From an uncultured Alphaproteobacteria bacterium (GTDB lineage: Bacteria; Pseudomonadota; Alphaproteobacteria; Caedimonadales; UBA9215): 59,784 nucleotides of DNA. Every line of letters begins with the position of its first letter. Position 1 is the stretch's first letter. The DNA lies in contig CAXBEY010000002.1 of assembly GCA_963974885.1 (NCBI GenBank), forward strand, positions 1 to 59,784. Reading direction: 5' to 3'. Positions 40,557 to 49,956 of the stretch are shown one piece after another. A program made the position numbers and the translations under genes. A model generated the notes under the pieces. That model saw nothing but the letters and a program-made list of their open reading frames with translations. It had not been told where the DNA came from and made no database searches.

Positions 40557-40872
40557 AATGAGACTCCCTTATTTCTATTGCTTTTTATGAAGTGCTTTTC
40601 AAAAAGTGAAAAGTCCCCACATGGAATCTTTTTATACACCCTCATGTTAAAAAATCAATAGCACTCATGAAATAAAAAAGAATAATAAAAACAATAAGTT
40701 GAACTAATAGTCATTATTTTATTGACAAAACAATAGACAATTATTATTAATTAATGTATTAAAAATTCTGTCATATTTTACCAAATTTGATGGAAAAAAG
40801 AAAAAGGATATTTTGTTATTTTTTTATAAAAAAAGTATGTTTCGGGACAAAAGAAAGGCTAAGATTCTTTTT

Positions 40873-41286
40873 CTATCCCAATCGCTTTTTAAGGCGTGAG
40901 GCGATTTCATCGATGTTTTTCTGATCTTTATCACTTTGTTCTTTGATTTGTTTCTTGTGCTGCTCGTCTTGGTAAATTTCCAGTACTTTTTTTTCCTTAA
41001 AGAGGACAGCAAGGCGGTCTTGTTCTCGGATGAGGCGTTTTTTATTCTCTTCAAAAGTGACCATGATACTTGCTATTTGGCTTTCAACTTGTTGAGAGTA
41101 ACGACCATATTGCGCGGCTAGCATAGAGTCTTGGGTGGCCCGTTCTAATTCAAATCTTAAATTCTCCCGAAGAGTCACTATGGATTGTTTAAGCTCTTGG
41201 TCTTTCTTTTCAAATTCCACAAGGCGCAAGCGCTGATTATTGAGGCGTTGCTGGGCTAATTTGATGAGTGTGGGGAGGGATTTCAT
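40873..41286 (-). CDS. FliJ-like coiled-coil protein (tentative)
   Basis: 137-aa all-helical charged protein. MKSLPTLIKLAQQRLNNQRLRL... and the C-terminal KKVLEIYQDE... resemble alphaproteobacterial FliJ. Start set at ATG 41286. There are no flagellar neighbours. Confidence 0.45.
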   Translation of the reverse strand: MKSLPTLIKLAQQRLNNQRLRLVEFEKKDQELKQSIVTLRENLRFELERATQDSMLAAQYGRYSQQVESQIASIMVTFEENKKRLIREQDRLAVLFKEKKVLEIYQDEQHKKQIKEQSDKDQKNIDEIASRLKKRLG

Positions 41287-41342
41287 CCAGAATGTACCTT
41301 GGTGTGTATAAAACACCTTTAGTATGCACCCTAATAAGGCAT

Positions 41343-41371
41343 AAAAAAAGCCCTCCGTTGGGAGAGCTTTT
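41343..41371 (-). terminator. rho-independent terminator downstream of the 41388-41936 gene
   Basis: On the minus strand: gctctcc-caac-ggagggc followed by ttttttt, with one mismatch in a 7-bp stem. Confidence 0.55.
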
Positions 41372-41387
41372 CATAAGATTTATCAAT

Positions 41388-41936
41388 TTATTTTGCCAGG
41401 TATTGGTTAAAACCACTGTACAATTCAGTGCCGCCGGCAACAATTTTTGGCGCGCCATTGATAAAGTGCTGTGCCGTGTTGGGGATATTCACTAGGCCCG
41501 CTTTAACATCTTCGTAACCATAAGATACGTTTTTGTAACCTGCATTTGTCCAGCTTTTACCATTTTCAAAGAAAGCAGCATCTGCCCTTGTGCAGGTTCC
41601 ATAAGCATTGTGGGCCGCGCCATAAAACACTTCACCAGCACCAAAAGCCATTTCGCCAAGGCCTTTTGCAGTCATACCAAGGGTATATCCAGTATTTCCA
41701 ATGCCATATCCAAGATCAATAAGGCCAGCTCCTAAGGTGTATCCACCATTTGTTATACTTGACCACCAAGACTGAGCCTCTTCTTGGGCAATTGCCTTAG
41801 GGAGAGCGACGTTTGCTTTTTTTGCATCATCGGCTTCGTAATTAAAGTCTACAGGAACCAGTTGAGTTGCATGAGCTTGAGCAAGAGTTGTTATAAGAGC
41901 TGCACTCAACAAAGTTGTTTTTAAAAATTTATTCAT
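41388..41936 (-). CDS. hypothetical secreted Gly/Tyr-rich protein
   Basis: Signal peptide MNKFLKTTLLSAALITTLAQAHA. Repeated GYTLG/GYG units. 182 aa. Confidence 0.6.
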   Translation of the reverse strand: MNKFLKTTLLSAALITTLAQAHATQLVPVDFNYEADDAKKANVALPKAIAQEEAQSWWSSITNGGYTLGAGLIDLGYGIGNTGYTLGMTAKGLGEMAFGAGEVFYGAAHNAYGTCTRADAAFFENGKSWTNAGYKNVSYGYEDVKAGLVNIPNTAQHFINGAPKIVAGGTELYSGFNQYLAK

Positions 41937-42199
41937 AATTCAATCCTTTGTCTATATAAGTTTTTGTATTTATTTTTTTTGTTTTTTAGTTTCTATAACT
42001 TATATAGGTATTTTTTGACAATATGTCGAATAATTATAAGGAAAGGCAGAATTGCGTTTTCTGCATGGGGGCTTCTATATAGGGTGTGGAGGGCCTACTG
42101 AAAATCCAATAGGGAAACAGGAGAATAGGGGGATAGGCGTAGGAGGGATTTTGCGCTAAAGTTTAGCTGTTCAGATTTAAGATAAAGCGGCACTCTAAT

Positions 42200-42955
42200 A
42201 TGGCCCACAAAAATATGGCCCACAAAATCCTCCGAGTTTCTTTTTACCATTGGTTGCGCCGGTGGACTCTACCTACGGCAAGCCTTCTTGCGGCTTTATG
42301 TCTTGGAGGGGCCTTTTATTTAGCCTTTTTTAGCTCTCCCCTTGATTATCAACAAAAAGAAACCGTGCGTATTATGTATGTCCATGTGCCGGCCTCTTGG
42401 CTTGCCATGATGATTTATGGTTTTATGGGACTTTGTGCCATTGGGGGATTTATTTGGCGCCATAGCCTTGCTTTTGTCTATGCACGGGCGGCGGCTCCTA
42501 TTGGTCTTAGCTTTGCGATGATTTCCCTTGTCACAGGCTCTATCTGGGGAAAGCCCATGTGGGGCACGTGGTGGGTATGGGATGCACGCTTAACGTCTAT
42601 GTTAGTTTTGGCCTTTTTGTATCTGGGTTACATGCTTTTTGTGCAGGCTTTTTCAGGGCAAGAAAAGGCCAGTCGCATGGGCGCTTTTTTATTGATTCTA
42701 GGCCTTATTAATTTACCCATTATTAAATATTCCGTTGAGTGGTGGAGCACATTGCACCAACCGGCCAGTGTTTTTAAAACAGGGGGATCCAGTATTGATG
42801 CGGCTATGTTGTGGCCTTTGGGTCTTGCAGCTGTGGGCTTTTTACTGTTTGGATACGTTTTGGGTTTGTTAAGGGTTGAAACACTGTTGCTTGTTCAAAA
42901 ACTCAAACGGCAAATGATTCTTGAGTCAAGGAAGGAGCTTTATCATGCAGCCTGA
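42200..42955 (+). CDS. ccmC: heme exporter protein CcmC
   Basis: WWD motif WGKPMWGTWWVWDARLTS, 6 TM helices. The start is ambiguous between the duplicated ATGs at 42200 and 42215. Confidence 0.9.
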   Translation: MAHKNMAHKILRVSFYHWLRRWTLPTASLLAALCLGGAFYLAFFSSPLDYQQKETVRIMYVHVPASWLAMMIYGFMGLCAIGGFIWRHSLAFVYARAAAPIGLSFAMISLVTGSIWGKPMWGTWWVWDARLTSMLVLAFLYLGYMLFVQAFSGQEKASRMGAFLLILGLINLPIIKYSVEWWSTLHQPASVFKTGGSSIDAAMLWPLGLAAVGFLLFGYVLGLLRVETLLLVQKLKRQMILESRKELYHAA

Positions 42956-43109
42956 TTTATCTGAATTTTACCACCATGGGATGGATTATGGGGCCTATGT
43001 TTGGCTTGCCTACGGCTTTTCTTTTGTTATTCTAGCCCTGTTATCTGTCGCTATTTCTTTAAAGCGCCGTCGCCTGCAAAAAAAACTTAATAGTCTTGAG
43101 ACTCAATAA
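42945..43109 (+). CDS. ccmD: heme exporter protein CcmD
   Basis: 54-aa single-TM protein (YVWLAYGFSFVILALL followed by KRRRLQKK). ATG 42945 follows GGAAGGAG and overlaps the ccmC end. Confidence 0.7.
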   Translation: MQPDLSEFYHHGMDYGAYVWLAYGFSFVILALLSVAISLKRRRLQKKLNSLETQ

Positions 43110-43112
43110 CAC

Positions 43113-43595
43113 ATGAAAAAAACCGTTGCCCGCCGTCTATCTGTCACCATTGCCCTTGTTGCTTTATTAAGTGGGACCCTTTATCTTGTCCTGCAGAATT
43201 TTAGGGATAACCTTGTGTTCTTTTTCTCGCCAACGGAGATTTTAGAAAACCCTGGCAAAGCGTCTAAGAGAGCAAGGCTTGGGGGGATGATTAAAAAAGG
43301 CAGTGTGAAAATTATTTCTCAAAGAGATCATCGTTTGCGTTTTGTGGTGAGTGATTTCAATAAAGAGGTCAGTATTGAATACCAAGGATTTTTGCCGGAT
43401 CTTTTTCGAGAAGGACAAGGGCTTGTGGCAGAAGGCTATTTTGATCAACGTCGCCAAGTTTTTATTGCCCGAACCATCCTTGCAAAACATGATGAGACTT
43501 ATATGCCCCCCCAACTTGAACGGGCTATCAATAAACGCCATGGGCAAAAATCCCTTGCTCTAGGTCCTCAAGGGGAGAGTCTCAATGATCGTTGA
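43113..43595 (+). CDS. ccmE: cytochrome c maturation heme chaperone CcmE
   Basis: N-terminal TM anchor, OB-fold region, heme-binding H-x3-Y (LAKHDETYMP). Confidence 0.9.
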   Translation: MKKTVARRLSVTIALVALLSGTLYLVLQNFRDNLVFFFSPTEILENPGKASKRARLGGMIKKGSVKIISQRDHRLRFVVSDFNKEVSIEYQGFLPDLFREGQGLVAEGYFDQRRQVFIARTILAKHDETYMPPQLERAINKRHGQKSLALGPQGESLNDR

Positions 43596-45471
43596 TCTTG
43601 GACATAGCATGTTACTGGCGGCTTTTATTGTAGCGGCCATCGGCACAATTGTGCCCCTTCTTATTGCCCGTCGCTCAACGTTGCTTGGCCTGCGCTTTGC
43701 ACAAATTAATGGCGGCTTTTTACTCTTCCTTCTTCTAGGGGCTTTTGCGGCCCTTGCCTATGCCTTTGTCACATCGGACTTTTCCTTAAAAATTGTGACC
43801 CTCAATTCCGAAGCTTCTGAGACACTGATGTATCGATTGGTGGCCCTTTGGGGAAATCATGAAGGGTCTTTGCTGCTGTGGATTGTAACATTAACCCTAT
43901 ATATTGTGCTGTTTTCTTTTTCAGGGCGCGGCATTGTAACCCACCAAGATCGCACCCGCATGCTGTCGGTTCTCAGTGCTATTTTGTGGGGCTTTCTTTT
44001 ATTTATGCTGTGGACATCAAATCCCTTTGAAACATTAAAGGTCACGCCCCACAAGGGCCTTGGTTTGAATCCTATTTTGCAAGATCCCTCCATGACCTTT
44101 CATCCACCCACCTTGTATTTTGGGTATATCGGATTCGTCATTCCCTTTGCCATGGCCGTTGGCTTTTTATGGCGCGGGCATTTCAAAAGAGAGCATGCTA
44201 GTTGGCTGCGTCTGTGGACCTTAATTCCATGGGTCTTTTTGACCTTTGGGGTGGCTGCGGGCAGTTTATGGGCTTATTACGAGCTTGGTTGGGGAGGCTG
44301 GTGGTCTTGGGATCCCGTTGAAAATGCGTCTCTTTTACCATGGCTGGCCTCAACGGCGTTGCTCCATGCCATTGGGTCCTATCGGCGAACGGGCACCTTG
44401 AAATTATGGTGTCTTTTTCTAGGGCTGCTCACCTACTTGACGAGTTTGTTGGGAACCTATATTACCCGCTCTGGGGTTGTGGCGTCTGTTCATGGTTTTG
44501 CAAAGGATGAACAAAGAGGCCTCTATCTCTTGATTTTCACAGGTTTATTAGCGTTTTCTTCCCTCCTTTTATTTGCGGTGAGAGCCCCTAAAATGCGGGT
44601 AAAAACACCAGTAATTTACCCTGCTCTATCAGGCTTCATTAATTTGCATATCTATGGCTTTCTCTTTGTTATTGCCGTGCTTGTTGTGGGAACTCTTTAT
44701 CCTGTGTTTGGAGAGGCAACGGTCACTGAATCTTTCTTTAATACAAGCATCAACCCTCTGGCTTTGGGGGCTCTTTTCCTTATGGGTCTTGCAACCTTTG
44801 TGGGGTGGCAGCCGGCGCCTTTGTGGTCTTTGTTGCGAAAACACTTGTTGCCTCTCAATCTCGGGCTTCTTGTGATCGCGGTGTTAATATATCAAGAGAC
44901 AATTGAGAAAAATGCAGAAAACTTGATTGCTATCTTTGCCCTTGGCCTTAGCCTTTGGGTTCTCGTTGCCAGTGCCATCGCGTGGGTGAAAAAGCGGTCC
45001 CATGCCATGATGCTGGCCCACATTGGCTTTGCTGTTTGTGTGATGGGAATGAGTAGTGATGCGTTATTCAAGGAAGAAGGGAACCTCTGGCTCTTACCGG
45101 GAGAGAGCGAAACCTTTGCTGGGTACACTTTTGTATTTGAAAACCTTCAGTATGAAAAGTCCCCAAACTACATTAATGAAGTAGCAACCGTTGGGGTCTT
45201 TAACTTTAAGGGAGACTCTGTCGCAACCCTCAAACCTGAGACGCGGTTTTATGGGACAAAGGGGGCTCTTGTCTCTAAAACAGCCATCATCCAGAGATAT
45301 TGGGCACACCTCTATGTTGTGTTGGGGCCAATGCTTGAGACGGGGCAGCGCTCTTTGCGCGTCTTTTACCACCCTCTTGTGGTGCTTATTTGGCTTGGGG
45401 GGGCGCTCATGAGTCTTGCCGGTGGTGTTGCCTTATTGGGATATCTAAGGCGCCGTCGGTTAACCCGTTAA
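43585..45471 (+). CDS. ccmF: cytochrome c-type biogenesis protein CcmF
   Basis: 628-aa polytopic protein with the WWD motif GWGGWWSWDPVENASLLPWL. Overlaps the ccmE end. Confidence 0.95.
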   Translation: MIVDLGHSMLLAAFIVAAIGTIVPLLIARRSTLLGLRFAQINGGFLLFLLLGAFAALAYAFVTSDFSLKIVTLNSEASETLMYRLVALWGNHEGSLLLWIVTLTLYIVLFSFSGRGIVTHQDRTRMLSVLSAILWGFLLFMLWTSNPFETLKVTPHKGLGLNPILQDPSMTFHPPTLYFGYIGFVIPFAMAVGFLWRGHFKREHASWLRLWTLIPWVFLTFGVAAGSLWAYYELGWGGWWSWDPVENASLLPWLASTALLHAIGSYRRTGTLKLWCLFLGLLTYLTSLLGTYITRSGVVASVHGFAKDEQRGLYLLIFTGLLAFSSLLLFAVRAPKMRVKTPVIYPALSGFINLHIYGFLFVIAVLVVGTLYPVFGEATVTESFFNTSINPLALGALFLMGLATFVGWQPAPLWSLLRKHLLPLNLGLLVIAVLIYQETIEKNAENLIAIFALGLSLWVLVASAIAWVKKRSHAMMLAHIGFAVCVMGMSSDALFKEEGNLWLLPGESETFAGYTFVFENLQYEKSPNYINEVATVGVFNFKGDSVATLKPETRFYGTKGALVSKTAIIQRYWAHLYVVLGPMLETGQRSLRVFYHPLVVLIWLGGALMSLAGGVALLGYLRRRRLTR

Positions 45472-45479
45472 AACGTTAT

Positions 45480-46022
45480 CTACTCACGATCAAGTAAACC
45501 CCAGACTTGAGTCTTTGGAATCCAACCTTTACTACCAAGGACTTCAACGGGGCAGCGTTCCGATTTGCAGTCTTTAACCTTAACGGATAAAAGGGTAAGG
45601 GGGGCTAATTTTGCTATGCTATGGGCATCGCGGTTAGCGGATGAGAGAAGACGGCATTTTTCAGGGATAACCATCAGGGTGCGTTTTCCTGTTAAGAGAC
45701 TTTGGTGAATCCAGCCCGATGTGCCATCGTGGCATTTGACTTGACGCCACGTATCATATTCGGCAATCACTTTGACAGGAAGGCCTTTTCTCTGTAGAAC
45801 CCACTTTACAGGGTATTCGCGACCGGGCCCGACACGCATTTTAATTTCATTGGAACGCAAACTGACAAAACGAGGGACCGGAAGTTTCGTCGCTCCATAA
45901 AGAAAATTAGGGGACAATAAAAAGCCTGTTAATACGCTCAGGAGAATAAAAAGACCAAGAGAGGGTCTTTTATAGCTTTTTTGTCTATTGTTTGGGCTTT
46001 TTTTCATTTTTAGAGCTTGCAA
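45480..46022 (-). CDS. SH3-like (DUF1058) domain protein
   Basis: N-terminal TM/signal segment, then two bacterial SH3-like segments (PRFVSLRSNEIKMRVGPGREYPVKWVL...GWIHQSLL). The start may instead be the second Met (MKKSPNN). Confidence 0.75.
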   Translation of the reverse strand: MQALKMKKSPNNRQKSYKRPSLGLFILLSVLTGFLLSPNFLYGATKLPVPRFVSLRSNEIKMRVGPGREYPVKWVLQRKGLPVKVIAEYDTWRQVKCHDGTSGWIHQSLLTGKRTLMVIPEKCRLLSSANRDAHSIAKLAPLTLLSVKVKDCKSERCPVEVLGSKGWIPKTQVWGLLDRE

Positions 46023-46076
46023 TTTTTAGGTGTCGATCACATATAGTATAGTACAGAGATACGAAAAAGGTAACAC

Positions 46077-46742
46077 ATGTTTGATTTTGATTTTGCTCTT
46101 TATATAAATAGCTTTCTCGCCATTGCGTCCATTCATACCGCGGCAGTAATTAGCCCCGGACCTGATGTGGCTTTAACCATGCGAAATAGTTTATTGCATT
46201 CTCGTAAGGTGGGCATTTTTGGTGCCCTTGGGACCACCACAGGCATGTGCATTCACTTGACCTATACGGTTTTTGGTGTTGGTTACCTTGTTGTGAATAT
46301 GCCGTGGCTCATGGTGGCAATTCAATTAGCAGGGGCCGGTTATTTGCTCTATCTTGGTTATCAATCCTTTAAGCCTCATGCAAGCCCCATGAAAGATATC
46401 GTACCATCCGATGAAACGGGGCCAAAGGAGGTGTTGACGCCTTTTCAGGCTTATCGTATTGGCGTGATTAATAACTTGTTGAATCCCATCGTGATCCTGC
46501 TTTTTATCAGTATTTTGTCAGCTTACATTACAACTGAAACCCCCTTTGTTATTCAGGGACTGTATGGTGTTTTAATGATTAGCATTACATTTGCCTGGTT
46601 TGCTTTTGTGGCGATTTTCTTTTCCGTTGATAAAATTCGCTTGCGCTTCTTGAAGCTCGGTAAATGGTTAGAGCGCCTCACAGGAGGCGCCCTCATAGCC
46701 TTTGGTTTGAAAATAGCTTATGTTGTTTTTCGTACTTTTTAG
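46077..46742 (+). CDS. LysE/RhtB family amino-acid exporter
   Basis: 221 aa with 6 TM helices. N-terminal SPGPDVALTMRNSL motif is typical of the LysE family. Confidence 0.85.
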   Translation: MFDFDFALYINSFLAIASIHTAAVISPGPDVALTMRNSLLHSRKVGIFGALGTTTGMCIHLTYTVFGVGYLVVNMPWLMVAIQLAGAGYLLYLGYQSFKPHASPMKDIVPSDETGPKEVLTPFQAYRIGVINNLLNPIVILLFISILSAYITTETPFVIQGLYGVLMISITFAWFAFVAIFFSVDKIRLRFLKLGKWLERLTGGALIAFGLKIAYVVFRTF

Positions 46743-46749
46743 AAATTGA

Positions 46750-47178
46750 TTAAAAACCACCGCCGAAATAAGTCATTTCCTCTTCATACCGTACGACTTT
46801 AAGGGATCGTGAGTACCCATAGGTTTGGGGGATAAGGGCAACAGTATTAACTCTTTCATCAAGGTCTTGGTTTGCATGTACTTGGTTTGCATATACTAAG
46901 GCTGGCGCAGAAGGGTGCGCAAAGCTTTCCTCATCTAGGATATCTCTTTTTTGTTTGTGATTTGCCCTATGGCGTTTGACAAAGTGAATGATGTCTTTTG
47001 CCCCTTTTTTAATAGTCTTGTAAGCCATCTTCACCAGAGGTTTCGCGGCAACAGCAACAGCTGTCGCGATCTGAAGGCCTACGATAATCTCGCCTATGGG
47101 GACATAGGCTTTTGCTTGATTAGGGGTTGCCAGTAAACTTGCGCTTAAAATAAGGGATAGAAATAATGTTTTTAACAT
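46750..47178 (-). CDS. hypothetical secreted protein
   Basis: Signal peptide MLKTLFLSLILSASLLATPNQAKA, a second hydrophobic segment, a basic middle region. 142 aa, no recognisable family. Confidence 0.5.
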   Translation of the reverse strand: MLKTLFLSLILSASLLATPNQAKAYVPIGEIIVGLQIATAVAVAAKPLVKMAYKTIKKGAKDIIHFVKRHRANHKQKRDILDEESFAHPSAPALVYANQVHANQDLDERVNTVALIPQTYGYSRSLKVVRYEEEMTYFGGGF

Positions 47179-47212
47179 GGTCGTTCTCCTTTGCTCTGTT
47201 CATTTAGGGTTT

Positions 47213-47632
47213 TTATCGAGTGAGTGTTGCTGCGCCTCCGTATGCTGTTATAACGAGGTCAGGGGCATGAACCGCTTTTGCATAAAACAGCGGAGTCCTA
47301 GGTCGTTTTTGCGCTTTCTTTGCAAGTTTTGCCAGGCGTTTTCCTTCTTTGTGGTCGATGCCTAAAAGGCGGTTAACATATTTATCACCCCCAAGCCTAT
47401 GACCCTGACCTTGGAACTTGCTTTCTTGTTCTTGTTTCGCTTGCTCTTTTTTAATTTTTTTAAGAAAATTAGGGTCTGTTCTTAAAAGATGTCTTTCATG
47501 GGCGGCTGCTCTTTGAGCCTGACGTTCTGCTTCATGTATGTCATCAAGGGTATGCACTTTGTTGGCAAATGCGTTTCCGTTAAGGGCCAGTGTTGTGAGG
47601 GCTGCTAGTGTAAGAGTTGTTAGTGTTTTCAT
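47213..47632 (-). CDS. hypothetical secreted basic protein
   Basis: Signal peptide MKTLTTLTLAALTTLALNGNAFA followed by a Lys/Gln/Glu-rich helical sequence. 139 aa, no recognisable family. Confidence 0.5.
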   Translation of the reverse strand: MKTLTTLTLAALTTLALNGNAFANKVHTLDDIHEAERQAQRAAAHERHLLRTDPNFLKKIKKEQAKQEQESKFQGQGHRLGGDKYVNRLLGIDHKEGKRLAKLAKKAQKRPRTPLFYAKAVHAPDLVITAYGGAATLTR

Positions 47633-47821
47633 GGTGGTCTCCTTTACTCGTTATCTAGTATCATATTGTCAATTACAAATAAAAGGTTCTTAAAATAAGT
47701 ATTTAAAAACAAAAAAGCAATAATATATTATTTATTTACATACTTTTATTTTCTATTTATTTTTTCTTAAGAAAAGTTAAAAGTTGATCTATTTTGAGGT
47801 TTGGGGTGCCAGAAACCCAGG

Positions 47822-47853
47822 GATAAAGAAAAACCCTCTAAAAACAGAGGGTT
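47822..47853 (-). terminator. candidate rho-independent terminator downstream of the zeta-subunit gene
   Basis: On the minus strand: aaccctct-gttttt-agagggtt followed by tttctttat. About 90 nt after the stop codon. Confidence 0.45.
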
Positions 47854-47941
47854 AAAATCATCTTTTTTATGTTTTAATTTTTTAGGTTATTTTTTTATAG
47901 GAAGCTGACAAAGGGCTATTGAAATCAGCAAACTTCACATT

Positions 47942-48274
47942 TTAAACAGCAATGCCAGATTTAATCTCTTGTTGAGCATCGTTTTGAAAGTAGATCAGTT
48001 GTTTTTCAATTTGATGCTTCGTGAAGGTGACATTATTTTCTTGGAAGTCATCAAAAATTTTTTCTATTAAAGAGGATTCCGTTGGATTGCGAATGCTATG
48101 GTTGATGATTTTGGCCGCATAGCTTTCCAGCTCTGTGCCTTCGAGTTTTAATTGTTCACCGGCCCAGCGGCCAAAGAGTCGGTTTCGACGTGCTTTGACC
48201 TTAAACTGTATTTCAGTGTCATGCTGAAATTTTCTTTCAATGGCTTCCTCTCGTTCGACAAAACCTGAACGCAT
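47942..48274 (-). CDS. DUF1476 protein (zeta-type inhibitor of F1Fo-ATPase)
   Basis: FVEREEAIERKFQHDTEIQFKVKARRNRLFGRWAGEQL matches the conserved N-terminal inhibitory region of alphaproteobacterial zeta subunits. 110 aa. Confidence 0.8.
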   Translation of the reverse strand: MRSGFVEREEAIERKFQHDTEIQFKVKARRNRLFGRWAGEQLKLEGTELESYAAKIINHSIRNPTESSLIEKIFDDFQENNVTFTKHQIEKQLIYFQNDAQQEIKSGIAV

Positions 48275-48424
48275 ACTTATTTACTCCCTGTTTATAGAAA
48301 GGTAGCACACCCCGTTAATGAAAGTTTTTTTCTTAAAGGGCCGAACTTTATTATTTTTCTTTTCTTTCTCCTTAAAATATGGCACGAAAAGCATGAAGAA
48401 ACAATTAAGTTGCGAAAAAAAAAG

Positions 48425-48673
48425 ATGGCTATTGAATCCAAAAAGTTGAAAAAAATTCTAGAACATGCCTTTCCTGATGCTACATTCCAGTTGGATGATA
48501 TGTTAGGAGATGCAGATCATTATGGGTTAACGATTACCTCAAACGCTTTTGAGGGTCTTAATCGGGTTAAACGCCACCAAGCGGTTTATAAAGTTCTTGG
48601 GACTCTTATGGGAAATGAGCTCCATGCTCTTTCCATTCGCGCCTATACACCACAGGAAAAAAAGGAACTATAG
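48425..48673 (+). CDS. bolA: BolA family protein
   Basis: ...[17 protein letters not shown]...[14 protein letters not shown], the BolA fold signature. Start set at ATG 48425. Directly upstream of grxD. Confidence 0.85.
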   Translation: MAIESKKLKKILEHAFPDATFQLDDMLGDADHYGLTITSNAFEGLNRVKRHQAVYKVLGTLMGNELHALSIRAYTPQEKKEL

Positions 48674-48675
48674 AA

Positions 48676-49023
48676 ATGACGACTACCGAGATTATTCAGA
48701 AAAAAATTAAGGACCATGATGTTGTTTTATTCATGAAAGGCACAGCTACTTTTCCCCAATGTGGGTTTTCTGGTTTTGTGGTGCAAGTGCTTCAAAGTTT
48801 AGAGGTGGACTTTACAGATGTAAATGTGTTGGAAGACCCTGAGTTGCGCCAAGGCATTAAAGACTTTTCTAGCTGGCCAACGATTCCTCAACTTTATGTA
48901 AAGGGTGAATTCGTTGGTGGTGCTGATATTATTAAAGAAATGATGCAGTCCGGCGAGTTGAAAGACCTCTTTCAGCATTGTAGTCTTTCCAAAACAATCC
49001 CAGACGTCGTCAATCTCTCCTAA
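48676..49023 (+). CDS. grxD: monothiol glutaredoxin (Grx4/GrxD family)
   Basis: CGFS active site (PQCGFSG), [16 protein letters not shown], 115 aa. Confidence 0.95.
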   Translation: MTTTEIIQKKIKDHDVVLFMKGTATFPQCGFSGFVVQVLQSLEVDFTDVNVLEDPELRQGIKDFSSWPTIPQLYVKGEFVGGADIIKEMMQSGELKDLFQHCSLSKTIPDVVNLS

Positions 49024-49044
49024 ACTACAAGGGGTAGTCGTCGG

Positions 49045-49956
49045 TCACTCTTTCCTAGACTGGGACCTTTTTGGAAAGACTATAGAATTAAGAAGAGCGT
49101 TCGCTAAAAGCGGCGCGATGCTAATTTGTCGAATTTTGGGATGGTCCTGTGTTTCCTCTGATCTGAGGAGACTATCGGTTATAATCAGGTGTTGGAGGGA
49201 AGACTCTTTGAGCCGTTGGTGAGAATCCTTTGATAAAACACCGTGTGTTGCATAGGCGCTTATGCCTTTTGCTCCGTGCTCTTTTAAAGTTTGGGCTGCG
49301 TTGCAAAGGGTTTTAGCCGTATCTACGATGTCATCTAAAATAAGACAGTCTTTGCCTGCGACATCACCTATAAAGCCTATCACATGGGGCTCTCCCTTAT
49401 GATCTCGGCGCTTTTGAAAGTGCGCCAGGGAAAGATTAAGTCTCCTTGCCATCTCTTTAGTACGGGGGAGGGCGCCTTGATCTGGAGCAACGAGCACACT
49501 GTTGCTCAGGTCAAAGTGTTGGCGGATATCTTCCTCTATTAGGGATGTCGGTTGTAAGTTTTGGACCGGAATGTCGAAAAAAGGCTCTATGTCTTTTGAG
49601 TGTAAGTCTAAGGTGATTATTTCAGTGGCCCCCGATTCTTGAAAAAGTTTTGAAATCGTTTGTGCTAGGGAATTCTGGCGAGCATAGTAAAAATAAGGCA
49701 AAACAGCGACGATATGTTGCGCCCCTTTTTGCCGAGCGTGATCAAGGATTAAGAAAAGTTCCATCAGGCTCTGGTGCGCTGAAATTGAGGTTGTTTGAAG
49801 GGCCGCAACGTACTCCCCTTGAAGAGAGTCTTGAATTTTAATCATTATTTCGCCATTTGGGAAATATTTTATTTCCTCATGGACAACCTCGGTTCCCAAA
49901 ACCTTTGCTACACTGTTAGACAGAGCTTTATTGCTATTGCCAGAAAGCAGAATCAT
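49045..49956 (-). CDS. prs: ribose-phosphate pyrophosphokinase
   Basis: N-terminal LLSGNSNKALS...YFPNGEI and PRPP-binding loop LILDDIVDTAKTL. 303 aa. Confidence 0.9.
   Translation of the reverse strand: MILLSGNSNKALSNSVAKVLGTEVVHEEIKYFPNGEIMIKIQDSLQGEYVAALQTTSISAHQSLMELFLILDHARQKGAQHIVAVLPYFYYARQNSLAQTISKLFQESGATEIITLDLHSKDIEPFFDIPVQNLQPTSLIEEDIRQHFDLSNSVLVAPDQGALPRTKEMARRLNLSLAHFQKRRDHKGEPHVIGFIGDVAGKDCLILDDIVDTAKTLCNAAQTLKEHGAKGISAYATHGVLSKDSHQRLKESSLQHLIITDSLLRSEETQDHPKIRQISIAPLLANALLNSIVFPKRSQSRKE

Noticed and set aside
40557-40872. Possible repeat array or mobile-element remnant in the long AT-rich spacer upstream of tlc.
   Set aside because: I saw only short A/T words and no regular spacing, no inverted terminal repeats and no coding remnant. 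It is most simply a promoter or regulatory region.
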